A stretch of 64,000 nt of DNA from an uncultured Thiopseudomonas sp. (GTDB taxonomy: Bacteria > Pseudomonadota > Gammaproteobacteria > Pseudomonadales > Pseudomonadaceae): contig CAYLOI010000007.1 in NCBI GenBank assembly GCA_964385265.1, positions 9,508 to 73,507 on the forward strand, given 5' to 3'. Below, piece by piece: positions 52,168 to 61,771 of the stretch. Position 1 is the stretch's first letter, and every line of letters starts with the position of its first letter. The notes under the pieces were generated by a model, which saw only the letters and a list, made by a program, of their open reading frames with translations, was not told the DNA's origin and ran no database searches. The translations under genes were made by a program, and so were the position numbers.

Positions 52168-52629
52168 CTACCGTAGTTTTTTAATACGCTCGCTTGGACT
52201 GATCACATCAGTCAAACGAATACCAAATTTTTCATTGACCACCACGACTTCACCGTGCGCAATCAAGGTGCCGTTGACCAGCACATCCAATGGCTCGCCA
52301 GCCAGTCGATCTAACTCAACCACCGACCCCTGATTGAGTTGCAGCAAGTTGCGGATACTGATATCGGCACTGCCCACTTCCATGGAAATGCTGACGGGGA
52401 TATCTAAAATAACATCCAGGTTAGGACCACCTATGGTTGTCAAACTATCATCCGTGTTGTGTTGATCAGGAAACTCTTGCATGGGTGCTTTGGCTGGCCC
52501 ACTGCTTTGCGCAAGCATGGCGTCAATATCATCTTGATCAGTGTTTGTGCCGGCCTCGGATAAAGCCGCTGCCCACTCATCAGCAAGCGCTTGATCTTCA
52601 CTGGAGACTTGCTCGTTTTCGTCAGTCAT
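52168..52629 (-). CDS. fliN: flagellar motor switch protein FliN
   Basis: C-terminal SpoA domain (VVELDRLAGEPLDVLVNGTLIAHGEVVVVNEKFGIRLTD). Confidence 0.93.
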   Translation of the reverse strand: MTDENEQVSSEDQALADEWAAALSEAGTNTDQDDIDAMLAQSSGPAKAPMQEFPDQHNTDDSLTTIGGPNLDVILDIPVSISMEVGSADISIRNLLQLNQGSVVELDRLAGEPLDVLVNGTLIAHGEVVVVNEKFGIRLTDVISPSERIKKLR

Positions 52630-52663
52630 ATTCTTTTCTCAACTACCAAGTAAAGCTAAAAAA

Positions 52664-53635
52664 TCAGCGAGTTTTTCGTATTGGGCTAACCACTTGCAAC
52701 GCTAAGTTGCCGTGACTGGCTCCCAGTTTAACTTTAAAAGTCGGCACGCCATTGGCACGTAGCAACATGGTGTCCGGCATTTCTACAGGAATCACATCAC
52801 CGGCCTTCATATTCAGAATATCGCGCAACTTCAATTGTCGACGTACCACAGTAGAGCGCAAAGGCACCTTTACATCTAACACATCTTCGCGAATGGCCTT
52901 GCTCCAGCGTTCATCCTGATCATCCACATCGGATTGAAAGCCAGCATCGAGCATTTCACGAATAGGTTCGATCATTGAATACGGGAAAGTGATGTGCAAG
53001 TCGCCGCCGCCACCATCCAACTCAATATGAAAGGTCGAGATCACCACAACCTCACTTGGGCTGACAATATTGGCCAAGGCTGGGTTAACCTCTGAGTTCA
53101 TGTATTCGAAATCAACATCCAAAATAGCATGCCAAGCTTCTTTCAAATCAACAAAAGCCTGCTCTAAAACCATGCGCACCACACGCAACTCAGTTGGGGT
53201 GAACTCACGCCCTTCAATTTTGGCATGGCGGCCATCGCCACCAAAAAAGTTATCCACTAATTTAAACACTAAGCGCGAATCTAGAATAAACAAGGCGGTG
53301 CCACGCAAAGGCTTCATTCGCACCAAGTTCAAGCTGGTGGGTACATACAAAGAATGCACATACTCACCAAACTTCATCACCTGTACACCGCCAACAGATA
53401 CATCGGCCGAGCGGCGCAGCAAGTTAAACATGCTGATACGCGTGTAGCGAGCAAAGCGCTCATTAATCATTTCTAGCGTTGGCATACGCCCACGCACAAT
53501 ACGATCTTGGCTGGTTAAGTCATATTGCTTAATGGAGCCGGGTACAACTTCGTCTTCAGTGTCCACAAGGCCATCATCAACGCCATGCAGCAGCGCATCA
53601 ATTTCATCTTGCGAAAGTAAATCTTGTACGGCCAT
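52664..53635 (-). CDS. fliM: flagellar motor switch protein FliM
   Basis: The N-terminal LSQDEIDALL CheY-P binding motif; 323 aa. Confidence 0.93.
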   Translation of the reverse strand: MAVQDLLSQDEIDALLHGVDDGLVDTEDEVVPGSIKQYDLTSQDRIVRGRMPTLEMINERFARYTRISMFNLLRRSADVSVGGVQVMKFGEYVHSLYVPTSLNLVRMKPLRGTALFILDSRLVFKLVDNFFGGDGRHAKIEGREFTPTELRVVRMVLEQAFVDLKEAWHAILDVDFEYMNSEVNPALANIVSPSEVVVISTFHIELDGGGGDLHITFPYSMIEPIREMLDAGFQSDVDDQDERWSKAIREDVLDVKVPLRSTVVRRQLKLRDILNMKAGDVIPVEMPDTMLLRANGVPTFKVKLGASHGNLALQVVSPIRKTR

Positions 53636-53658
53636 TTTAAGTTGTTCCTATCAAGGTT

Positions 53659-54162
53659 TTACTGCATGACAACATTGGTAAATAGCACCTGTTCAATCAC
53701 GGGCTTACCGACTTCAATCAGCGCTAACTCTTGTATCGCAATGGTCGCTTTCTGTTTAAGCAGTTCAATGCCTAGCGAGGTGTTGAGCTCTTCAAAATTC
53801 TGGCTGGAAAACAACATCACTAATTGATTGCGCAATGTTGGCATATGTACTTTTAACGCATTCAGGTCAGCTTGGTTGCGCGCCATTAAGGCGACACTGA
53901 CTTGTAAATAGCGCGGTTTGCCGTCGCTTTTAAAATTCACCACAAAAGCCGGCGCTAGGTCTTCGTAAATCGCTTGTTGCTTCGCTGTGCTCTCTACTAC
54001 GGGCGGCGCTTCAACTGCGCTGCGCCCGAGGAAAAACCAGGTTCCAGCAACAGAAACGATAATTGCAACAATTAAAGCAACTGCTGCCAAGACAATAACT
54101 TTCATCTTGTTTTTTTTAGGTATTTGCGTTGCTTGCTCGAGCATTTCAGGTTCTATTGCCAT
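53659..54162 (-). CDS. fliL: flagellar basal-body-associated protein FliL
   Basis: 167 aa with a single TM helix, positioned upstream of fliM. Confidence 0.85.
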   Translation of the reverse strand: MAIEPEMLEQATQIPKKNKMKVIVLAAVALIVAIIVSVAGTWFFLGRSAVEAPPVVESTAKQQAIYEDLAPAFVVNFKSDGKPRYLQVSVALMARNQADLNALKVHMPTLRNQLVMLFSSQNFEELNTSLGIELLKQKATIAIQELALIEVGKPVIEQVLFTNVVMQ

Positions 54163-54228
54163 CTGCCAATCACCACTTAAAAATCATGCCCAGTAGTTTA
54201 CCAGTCTAATTAATCTGTGCAGGACTGA

Positions 54229-55551
54229 TTATGCATAATAATCAACTAAGCCAAGACGCCCATCATGCTGTTCGCGTAACGGTGTGACCTGCTGCTGCCT
54301 TTCTTCACCGCCATCTGTGCCCGTATTAGCGCCATTGCGTCCCTGCGCCAACTCTCGAGCTTGAGCATCGGCTTGCTGCTGCGACTGATCCGAAACGTTG
54401 ACATCCACATCAGCCATACCCTGCTGAGCCAGCAACTCACGCAAGCGGTGCATTTGTGCTTCTAACGAATCACGTACCCCAGCGTTGGCACTGGTGAAGG
54501 TGACCTGAGTGTGTTCCTGACTCATATCAATCTTGATATCCAAGCGACCAAGCTCAGCGGGGTCCAGTTTTATCTCTGCTGATTTCAAGTTCTGCGAAGA
54601 CATCCACATCACTTTATCAGTGACATCTTGAGTCCAACCCGGTTGCTGCATAGCAACCGCAGCGCCTGGCACTGCTCGGGTTTGCTGAGCGGCCAACAAT
54701 GACTCTGGGCGCGGCTGCATATCCGCACGAATAGTTTCAGTTGGCGTAACAGCTTTAGTATTTAACAAAGTATCAGGTGCAGCCTTAGCCGTTTCGAGCA
54801 GCGCAGCACCAGCGCTCTTATCAGTTGTCCCTTTTTCAACCAGCACTTCCCCAGTTTTTCCTGATGCACTGGACAACAAGGCCGCTTTCTCAGGCGAAGC
54901 AGAGGTATCAATTTTATCTGGTTTTATCTGCAAGTTAAGCTCATCGTTTTCTGCTAATTCAGCACCCGAATCCGTCAATTCAGTCGATGCTTGCAAACTA
55001 ACTTTTGCCTGTCCTGTGAGCACGCTCGAATCCAACTCGACATCCTCAAAAGTAGCATCAGCGGTCGGTTCTATCGGCAGAAATGTCATCGCCATCAACA
55101 ACAAAGGATCAAGCAACTCTTCTTCAGCGTTTTCCACATGTTGAGTTGCCTCTGGCGGCAAAACATTGCCACTTGGCTCAACTGCGCTGCCTTCACTGGT
55201 GGCTGCATGCGCTGTATCAGTAGTGTTTTCTCGCGACTCGGCGCCTTTAGCTTTAGCCTCAGCCGGCTGTTTTACCGGCCCTGACGGCTTATCCTTTACC
55301 GAGGGCGTCGTATTTTTTGCTGAGGTATGCCGCGCTGCTTGCTGCTGTTTTTCTTGCTGAACAGCAGCATTACGCTGCTTAGTCTGTTGCGCTTGCTGTT
55401 GATTGGCCTTGTTGGAGCGCTGCTGCTCATACACTGCTGAAAAACTTTGCCCTGCTGCGCTGCTGCGTTGATTTGCAGCATTATCCGGCGCACTCGATTG
55501 CGTGCGCGGCACTTGCGTAGCCGGTCGCAATAAGAAATCCGTGGTTGCCAT
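54229..55551 (-). CDS. fliK: flagellar hook-length control protein FliK
   Basis: 440 aa. The N-terminal and central parts are Q/A/E-rich and low-complexity. A C-terminal Flg_hook-like region is present (LKLDPAELGRLDIKI...VTFTSANAGVRDSLE). Confidence 0.85.
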   Translation of the reverse strand: MATTDFLLRPATQVPRTQSSAPDNAANQRSSAAGQSFSAVYEQQRSNKANQQQAQQTKQRNAAVQQEKQQQAARHTSAKNTTPSVKDKPSGPVKQPAEAKAKGAESRENTTDTAHAATSEGSAVEPSGNVLPPEATQHVENAEEELLDPLLLMAMTFLPIEPTADATFEDVELDSSVLTGQAKVSLQASTELTDSGAELAENDELNLQIKPDKIDTSASPEKAALLSSASGKTGEVLVEKGTTDKSAGAALLETAKAAPDTLLNTKAVTPTETIRADMQPRPESLLAAQQTRAVPGAAVAMQQPGWTQDVTDKVMWMSSQNLKSAEIKLDPAELGRLDIKIDMSQEHTQVTFTSANAGVRDSLEAQMHRLRELLAQQGMADVDVNVSDQSQQQADAQARELAQGRNGANTGTDGGEERQQQVTPLREQHDGRLGLVDYYA

Positions 55552-55590
55552 AGTCTTGCTCCTACCTTAAACCAATACTGGCTTTATCAA

Positions 55591-55606
55591 AGCAAAATTC
55601 AAGCCA
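55591..55606 (-). promoter_or_regulatory. sigma54 (-24/-12) promoter TGGCTT-gaatt-TTGCT upstream of fliK
   Basis: Exact GG-N10-GC spacing on the minus strand, about 40 nt upstream of the fliK ATG. fliK is RpoN-dependent in pseudomonads. Confidence 0.6.
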
Positions 55607-55686
55607 ACAACACAACTACGATATTATTAGATGTTTTTCACCTTATTGGAGCCGTACACAGACTGCGACTGTCAGTAAATTGACCT

Positions 55687-56511
55687 TTATAGGCTCATGA
55701 CATCCAAATAACGCGACTGCGCTTCTTTATCAATGGCCAAACTAGCGAAATCAAATAGTTGCCGATCAGCCAGTTGCGATGGTGCCACGTTCTGCAAAGA
55801 GCGGAACATGATATCCAAACGTCCAGGCGTTTTTTGCTCCCACTCTTGCAACATGCCTTTCACCACTTGGCGCTGAAGGTTTTCTTGCGAACCACAGAGA
55901 TTACAGGGAATAATTGGAAAATTTTGCCATTGCGCATACTCCGCAATATCACTTTCTTTGCAATAGGCCAAAGGCCGAATCACCACATTGCGGCCATCAT
56001 CCGATAACAGCTTAGGCGGCATGGCTTTCAGGGTGCCACCAAAAAACATATTCAAGAAAAATGTTTCTAAAATATCATCACGGTGATGGCCCAGCGCCAT
56101 TTTGCTTGCGCCAATCTCATCGGCATAGGTATATAAGGTGCCGCGACGCAAGCGTGAGCACAGTGAGCAGGTGGTTTTACCTTCGGGGATTTTTTCTTTA
56201 ACTACCGAATAGGTGTCTTTTTCAATAATGTGGTATTCAACCCCCACTGCCTCTAAATAAGCCGGCAACACATGCTCAGGAAAGCCAGGTTGTTTCTGAT
56301 CCATATTGACCGCGACTAAAGAGAAGCGAACGGGGGCAACCTTTTGCAGGTGCAACAACACATCCAGCATGGCGTAGCTGTCTTTACCGCCCGACAAGCA
56401 CACCATAACTTTATCACCCTCTTCGATCATATTAAAATCAGTCACGGCTGCACCGGCTAGGCGGTATAAACGCTTCTGTAATTTTTTCTGATTGACTGAC
56501 TCATTGCTCAT
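55687..56511 (-). CDS. ttcA: tRNA 2-thiocytidine(32) synthetase
   Basis: The PP-loop CLSGGKDS plus CSLC and CNLC motifs. I chose the start at 56511 ([15 protein letters not shown]), parallel to the Pseudomonas TtcA N-terminus, giving 274 aa. Confidence 0.9.
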   Translation of the reverse strand: MSNESVNQKKLQKRLYRLAGAAVTDFNMIEEGDKVMVCLSGGKDSYAMLDVLLHLQKVAPVRFSLVAVNMDQKQPGFPEHVLPAYLEAVGVEYHIIEKDTYSVVKEKIPEGKTTCSLCSRLRRGTLYTYADEIGASKMALGHHRDDILETFFLNMFFGGTLKAMPPKLLSDDGRNVVIRPLAYCKESDIAEYAQWQNFPIIPCNLCGSQENLQRQVVKGMLQEWEQKTPGRLDIMFRSLQNVAPSQLADRQLFDFASLAIDKEAQSRYLDVMSL

Positions 56512-56583
56512 GACACTGTCCACAACAGGTAAAACAGGCATTTTACCTGTTGTGTTCAACAAACCCTAGTGCTTGCGTGCCTC

Positions 56584-56967
56584 TTATTGAGCGACATCCG
56601 CCAGCATTTGCGTGCCGGTTGCGCACTCCTTTAAAACAACCACGTTTGCACTGGCATCAGCAGCCGGCTGCCAAGATAAAACGCCGCTATCGCTTTTCGT
56701 ATGCCAGCTGTAATTGCGGCCTTGGTCTATCGACTCATAGCGTGCGCCTGACGCGCTGACAGCAATACTCATAGGGATTTGCTGTCCATCCACCTGCAGC
56801 ACAGCGTAAGCACCGCCGCTGGCGGTATTTAAATAGGTGACCGGTAAGGATACGCCACGCTCGCACTGGTACAGCACTTGTTGCAATTGATCACCGCTAT
56901 CAGCCACAGCCCAACTGCTGCTTAAACAAGCGGATACAAGAAGTAAGTTTTTGATTGAATTACGCAT
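56584..56967 (-). CDS. mliC: MliC-family lysozyme inhibitor-like periplasmic protein
   Basis: Signal peptide MRNSIKNLLLVSACLSSSWA and a YQCERG...SASGARYES...W pattern. The ATG at 56967 has AGGA upstream. Confidence 0.65.
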   Translation of the reverse strand: MRNSIKNLLLVSACLSSSWAVADSGDQLQQVLYQCERGVSLPVTYLNTASGGAYAVLQVDGQQIPMSIAVSASGARYESIDQGRNYSWHTKSDSGVLSWQPAADASANVVVLKECATGTQMLADVAQ

Positions 56968-57075
56968 TTTAAAAATCCTATTCGGTCTATTGAATTGCCT
57001 GATCTGGCCGCTCAGCATAGACTGGCAAAGCCACTGTTTGTTTCAGCCTAAGTAATAAATAGAGAACATAGCCTT

Positions 57076-57681
57076 TTGCATAGCTTTAAAATCAATGAGT
57101 TAACTAACACATTACAACAACTACTCGAAGAAAAACCCGCAGGCTTAAGCGAGTACGAACTGCTTAAGACACTTAAAAACCAGCAGCAGCCGTTATTTGT
57201 CAGTGCTAATTTAAGTGATGCATTAAGTTTATTTCGCAGCCACTTTGTACTTTTTCACGCGTTGTATCTGCTACGCGATAGCTTACGCTCAGATGGGCTG
57301 CTGCAGCTCAATATCAGCCCGCTGCTGATTTGTCTGCAGCCCGCCCCAAAACAAAATAACAACCAGCAGCAGATGCTCAATCTGAACGATCCATTACGCG
57401 CCTATTATTTGGATCTAGACAACCTAAGCGCAACCGATCGTGCTGCGGTAGAGCAGCTACTTAATAGCGGCCTAAGCTGCCTGCAGCCATCACAGCAGGT
57501 CAGCGATGCCTTAGCCGAACTGGGCCTTGAGCAGCCGCTGCACAGCCTGAGCAGCAAAGACTTACGCAAGCATTACCGGCAACTGGTCAGCCGCCACCAT
57601 CCCGACCGTGGCGGTTGTACCGAGCGCTTACAGCGGATTAATCACGCCATGGACATTGTGCGTACCCAGCAGCTGGGCTGA
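57076..57681 (+). CDS. DnaJ (J-domain) containing protein of unknown function
   Basis: C-terminal J-domain with HPD (LRKHYRQLVSRHHPDRGG). TTG start; the exact start is uncertain. Confidence 0.65.
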   Translation: MHSFKINELTNTLQQLLEEKPAGLSEYELLKTLKNQQQPLFVSANLSDALSLFRSHFVLFHALYLLRDSLRSDGLLQLNISPLLICLQPAPKQNNNQQQMLNLNDPLRAYYLDLDNLSATDRAAVEQLLNSGLSCLQPSQQVSDALAELGLEQPLHSLSSKDLRKHYRQLVSRHHPDRGGCTERLQRINHAMDIVRTQQLG

Positions 57682-57722
57682 GGTTTTAAGTCCCCTGCGC
57701 GTCAACTCATCGGCAAACGGCG

Positions 57723-58664
57723 CTAGGCTGATAAGTACTCTAGGGTTTGCAACAGCATCTTAACTTTTGGCATAGCACAACCAGCAGCCTGTGCAGCCTC
57801 AAGCGGCGCATGGTAAATAGCTTGCAGCTCCAGCGGCCGCTGCAGAGTGAAATCATGGTGCATACTCGGCAAGTACGCTGACATCTCATCGGTGTATTGC
57901 AACATCGTCTGCACTAATTTATCCGCTAACGGATAGCCACAGGCCGCTGCAGCAGCCATCACTTCATTCATCAAATCAACAATAAGTTCGCGGCTGTGCG
58001 GCTCCTTCATCAGTTGCTCGGTATTGCTATTGAGCAGTACAGATAAACCATTGTAAGGAATATTCCACACCAGCTTTTGCCAGCGTGCTTGCTCTAGATG
58101 CAGCATGGCTTTGGAATCCAAACCTGCCTGCTGAAATAATGCAGCGCCTTGCTGAGCTAGCACATAGCCTTGTTCTGCAGAAGCTGGGCCGCTGTGATAG
58201 CCCAGATTCACTCCACCTTGCGCTTGATGCTCTACCACGCCCGGCGCGCTGCGGTGCACACAGATAAAGCACAAACCACCGAGCAAATGCAGCTGATCGT
58301 CTAATAAGGGACGCAGTTGCTCCTCAACTGCGAAGCCATTTTGTAGCAACACAACCTTTGCCCCAGGCGCAGCTACCTGATTGATAAGAGGCGCAAGCTC
58401 GGTATTGCTAGTGGTTTTAGCACCAACCAATAACCAGTCGCACTTAGGCATCTGCGCTGCATCATTCCAAGCATTCACTTTGGGTAAGTGCAATTGGCCA
58501 TGCAAAGCACTATTCACATGCAAACCATTGCTGTTGACTGCGTCATACTCACTGCGCAATAAAAAATGCACTTCAAAGCCTGCGCGCGCCAGCATTAAGC
58601 CATAAAAACCACCAATCGCACCGGTGCCGATAACACCAATGCGTGGCTGTTGTTGCTCTGTCAT
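57723..58664 (-). CDS. panE: 2-dehydropantoate 2-reductase
   Basis: IGVIGTGAIGGFYG Rossmann motif and ApbA family body. Start at the ATG at 58664. Confidence 0.8.
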   Translation of the reverse strand: MTEQQQPRIGVIGTGAIGGFYGLMLARAGFEVHFLLRSEYDAVNSNGLHVNSALHGQLHLPKVNAWNDAAQMPKCDWLLVGAKTTSNTELAPLINQVAAPGAKVVLLQNGFAVEEQLRPLLDDQLHLLGGLCFICVHRSAPGVVEHQAQGGVNLGYHSGPASAEQGYVLAQQGAALFQQAGLDSKAMLHLEQARWQKLVWNIPYNGLSVLLNSNTEQLMKEPHSRELIVDLMNEVMAAAAACGYPLADKLVQTMLQYTDEMSAYLPSMHHDFTLQRPLELQAIYHAPLEAAQAAGCAMPKVKMLLQTLEYLSA

Positions 58665-58731
58665 ATCCACTCTCTTATTGTTTAACTCAGCGCTCGCCGT
58701 ATGCATGCAACAGCGATTAGCTCTTTATTAT

Positions 58732-59262
58732 TTAAGGGTTTACTACCAAGGTTTCGCTACTGAGAACACGCTTAGCCTGCAAATAGGCTTTGTTCCAATA
58801 TTTAGAATCAACACTGTCTAGGCGTACGGTGCCACCCGAAGAAGGCGCATGCACAAAGCGGCCATCACCGACATAGATTCCCGCATGACTGACACGTCCA
58901 TGCCCTGCGGTACTGAAAAAAACAATATCGCCACTGCGTAAATCATTACGCGCCACACGCTGGCCCTGCATCTGCATCATTTGCGCAGTAGTACGCGGCA
59001 GACGAATACCTGCCACATCGTTATACACAAAACCAATCAAGCCGCTGCAATCAAACCCTGACGATGGCGTATTACCGCCCCAAACATAGGGTGTACCAAC
59101 CAAGCCAATGGCTCGAAATAGCACATCATCAGCAGCAGGGTTAAAAAACGCTGGGGCTGAAGATTGCGCTGGCGTAACAGGCTGGTTAACAGGCGCATTC
59201 GATGAACAGGCAGCTAACAACAAAACACTGGCTAAACCCAGTAAACGAATACTCACATGCAT
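58732..59262 (-). CDS. NlpC/P60 (C40) family peptidoglycan endopeptidase lipoprotein
   Basis: The LLAAC lipobox, the catalytic GFDCSGL motif and a downstream H (SHAGIY). Confidence 0.88.
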   Translation of the reverse strand: MHVSIRLLGLASVLLLAACSSNAPVNQPVTPAQSSAPAFFNPAADDVLFRAIGLVGTPYVWGGNTPSSGFDCSGLIGFVYNDVAGIRLPRTTAQMMQMQGQRVARNDLRSGDIVFFSTAGHGRVSHAGIYVGDGRFVHAPSSGGTVRLDSVDSKYWNKAYLQAKRVLSSETLVVNP

Positions 59263-59313
59263 GCGCTAGATTCCCTTAATACACTCGTAATAGGCTCTAT
59301 AAGAAAGCAAATT

Positions 59314-60435
59314 TTAGTATTTTGCAAAACTTTCCAGCTGCATCGCCTTTAAGCGACTGTAGCTGCGGCGAAAAGCAAAGGCTAAGTAACCTTCAGTATA
59401 GAGCGCCTGCAATGCAACATCAGCTTCAATATACACAGGCACACCGCGGTCATAACACTCATCAATCAGCGCAATAAAGCGACGTACGCTGTCATCCGCT
59501 GGCGCCAGCATCGGCAATTGCCGATCGCCGGCCTCGACTTGCAGCACCGCATCTTCGGTGCCGCGGGCAATCTTCGCTGCTTGCTGCTCACCACCCAATA
59601 CAGGTACAGCACTGAGCAGCAACAACTCAAAGCGGTCACAGAGGACTATAAAGTCGCTGGCAGCAAAAGGCTGATCACAGAGCGCAGCAAAATCACACCA
59701 CAAGACATTATCACTGTAAGCCTGAGTTGCCAGTGTGCGCCCAGCTAAAGACAGCTCACCCTGCTGAACCGCTTGTCCAGCACTCAGTTGCGCAAAGAGT
59801 TCGGGCATAACGCTAGTCTGTTCAGACTCTTTAACCCAATAACGCTCAATCGTTGCACCACTCTGTAAACGGTGATCCTGCTCACCATCAACACTGACCA
59901 ATTGCATCTGCTGCTCAATCGCGGCAATGGCAGGCAAAAACTGCTCGCGATTATGGCCGCCACTGTACAACTCAGACGGTGCTTGATTGGAGGTGGCGAC
60001 AATAATTAAACCGCGGGCAAACAGTGCTTGAAACAACCCGCCCAGAATCATCGCATCAGCAATATCACTGACAAACAGCTCATCAAAACACAGCACTTGA
60101 ATCTCATCGCTAAGCTCAGCAGCAACCGCAGTCAAAGGATCAGCCGTACCCATTAAACGAAATAAGCGCTGATGCACATCTCGAATAAAGTGGTGAAAAT
60201 GCTGACGCCGCGCGGGGACAGTCAAATTGCGATAAAACTGATCCATCAACCAGGTTTTACCGCGCCCGACACGCCCATATAAATACACACCTTGCACAAC
60301 AGCTGAGCCCTGCTGCAGCGCTTGGTAGCACGCCTCTAGAGCCTCAACCGCATGGCGCTGCGCCGGATCATCCATAAAACCCTCAGCAACTGCTTGCGCA
60401 TATACCTGCAGCGGTGTTTGTTTATTATCTGTCAT
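59314..60435 (-). CDS. zapE: cell division protein ZapE (AFG1-like ATPase)
   Basis: Walker A GRVGRGKT and Walker B LCFDELFV. Start at the ATG at 60435. Confidence 0.85.
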   Translation of the reverse strand: MTDNKQTPLQVYAQAVAEGFMDDPAQRHAVEALEACYQALQQGSAVVQGVYLYGRVGRGKTWLMDQFYRNLTVPARRQHFHHFIRDVHQRLFRLMGTADPLTAVAAELSDEIQVLCFDELFVSDIADAMILGGLFQALFARGLIIVATSNQAPSELYSGGHNREQFLPAIAAIEQQMQLVSVDGEQDHRLQSGATIERYWVKESEQTSVMPELFAQLSAGQAVQQGELSLAGRTLATQAYSDNVLWCDFAALCDQPFAASDFIVLCDRFELLLLSAVPVLGGEQQAAKIARGTEDAVLQVEAGDRQLPMLAPADDSVRRFIALIDECYDRGVPVYIEADVALQALYTEGYLAFAFRRSYSRLKAMQLESFAKY

Positions 60436-60685
60436 ACCCCTCGCCCTGCCTGCCAAGCCAATACCACAACCCCTGCGATAATGCTAAACACCGCAAACAC
60501 TTGCCACGTGTTTAACATTTCGCGCAAAAATAACCAGCCAATAGCTTTTCTATGCAGCTTTAGGCAGCGTGCCGCCAGCACTTCACTGACAGGCAGCCAT
60601 GTTCGCAGATAGCACAGGGCTAGCGCAAACTGAGCATGCTTGTTGATCTAACAACAGGCGCCAGCATTGTTAGTGTTGAAGCGCT

Positions 60686-61663
60686 TTAACGTCGACTAAA
60701 GCGCTTGCGATATTCTGTAGGGGTCACGCCAGTTCTGTTGCGAAATAAACGCCGAAACGAACTGGCATCTTCATAACCCACCTGCGACATCACCAGGTCC
60801 ACACTGAGCTCGGTTTCTTCCAAGAGTTTCTGTGCGGCTTCAATGCGCAGTGACTGCAGATACGCATTGGGCGGGCTGTCTAAAGCGGTATTAAAACGTC
60901 TGATCAGCGTGCGCTTGGAGACATTAAAACGTTGCGCCAACTCATCTAAAGTAAAATGTTGCGCATAATGCGTTTGCAGCCACTCTTGCACCTGCTTGAC
61001 CAACTCGTCTTTGTGCGGCTTGGCTAAACGCATCAGGGAATACGACAACTGACTGTCACGCCGATAATCAATGACAAAGGCTTTAGCGGTTTGCAGGGCT
61101 ACGTCAAAACCGACAAAACGTTCAATCATGTGCAGGCCTAAATCAAACCAGGCCAAACCACCGCCGGCACAATAAATATGCTCATCGCGAGTAATCAGGT
61201 GCTCTGCAGTTAACTTCACCGCTGGATAACGCTCGGCAAACTGCTGTTTAAAGCCCCAATGGGTCGTCGCACAGCGGCCATTGAGAATGCCTGCTTCGGC
61301 CAAGAGAAAATTGCCGGTGCAATTGCCGGCAATGGTCCAGCCCTGCTGATTGGCATACTGCAATAAGGCTAAGAGTTGTGGATTTTGCGTCAGCACCTCA
61401 TCGATTGGCCCACCAATGGTCGGCACAATGATCGCATCCACCTGCTGTATGTCGGCGTAACTCAGCTGCGCAGCGATTTGAATACCATTGATGCAGCGAA
61501 TCGGCTGACCATCAGAGCTGGCGATGCGCACATTAAAGTGCCGACCCACTTTCTCGCCCTGCACCCGATTCCAAGTCACCCCAGCCAAAGCAAACAAATC
61601 CATTACGCCAGTAATGGCCGAAGCCAGCGCTGAATCAAAACCAAGTACCACGATATTCAACAT
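60686..61663 (-). CDS. GlxA-type AraC-family regulator (DJ-1/PfpI-like N-terminal domain plus AraC HTH)
   Basis: 325 aa with a C-terminal AraC HTH (..VGYEDASSFRRLFRNRTGVTPTEYR). Confidence 0.85.
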   Translation of the reverse strand: MLNIVVLGFDSALASAITGVMDLFALAGVTWNRVQGEKVGRHFNVRIASSDGQPIRCINGIQIAAQLSYADIQQVDAIIVPTIGGPIDEVLTQNPQLLALLQYANQQGWTIAGNCTGNFLLAEAGILNGRCATTHWGFKQQFAERYPAVKLTAEHLITRDEHIYCAGGGLAWFDLGLHMIERFVGFDVALQTAKAFVIDYRRDSQLSYSLMRLAKPHKDELVKQVQEWLQTHYAQHFTLDELAQRFNVSKRTLIRRFNTALDSPPNAYLQSLRIEAAQKLLEETELSVDLVMSQVGYEDASSFRRLFRNRTGVTPTEYRKRFSRR

Positions 61664-61771
61664 GCTTTGTCACTTTTAGCTCTAAGAGTGGCCATATTGA
61701 CAATTATCTTTGCTCACAACAAGGTTGATACTCGTGAGCAAGCCCATTTTCTTGTGTCATTGGAGTTCAAG

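Noticed and set aside
54163-54228. A search for a sigma54 or sigma28 promoter between fliK and fliL.
   Set aside because: No GG-N10-GC or TAAA-N15-GCCGATAA-like match has correct spacing. fliL may be co-transcribed with fliK, or it may use a promoter I cannot recognise.
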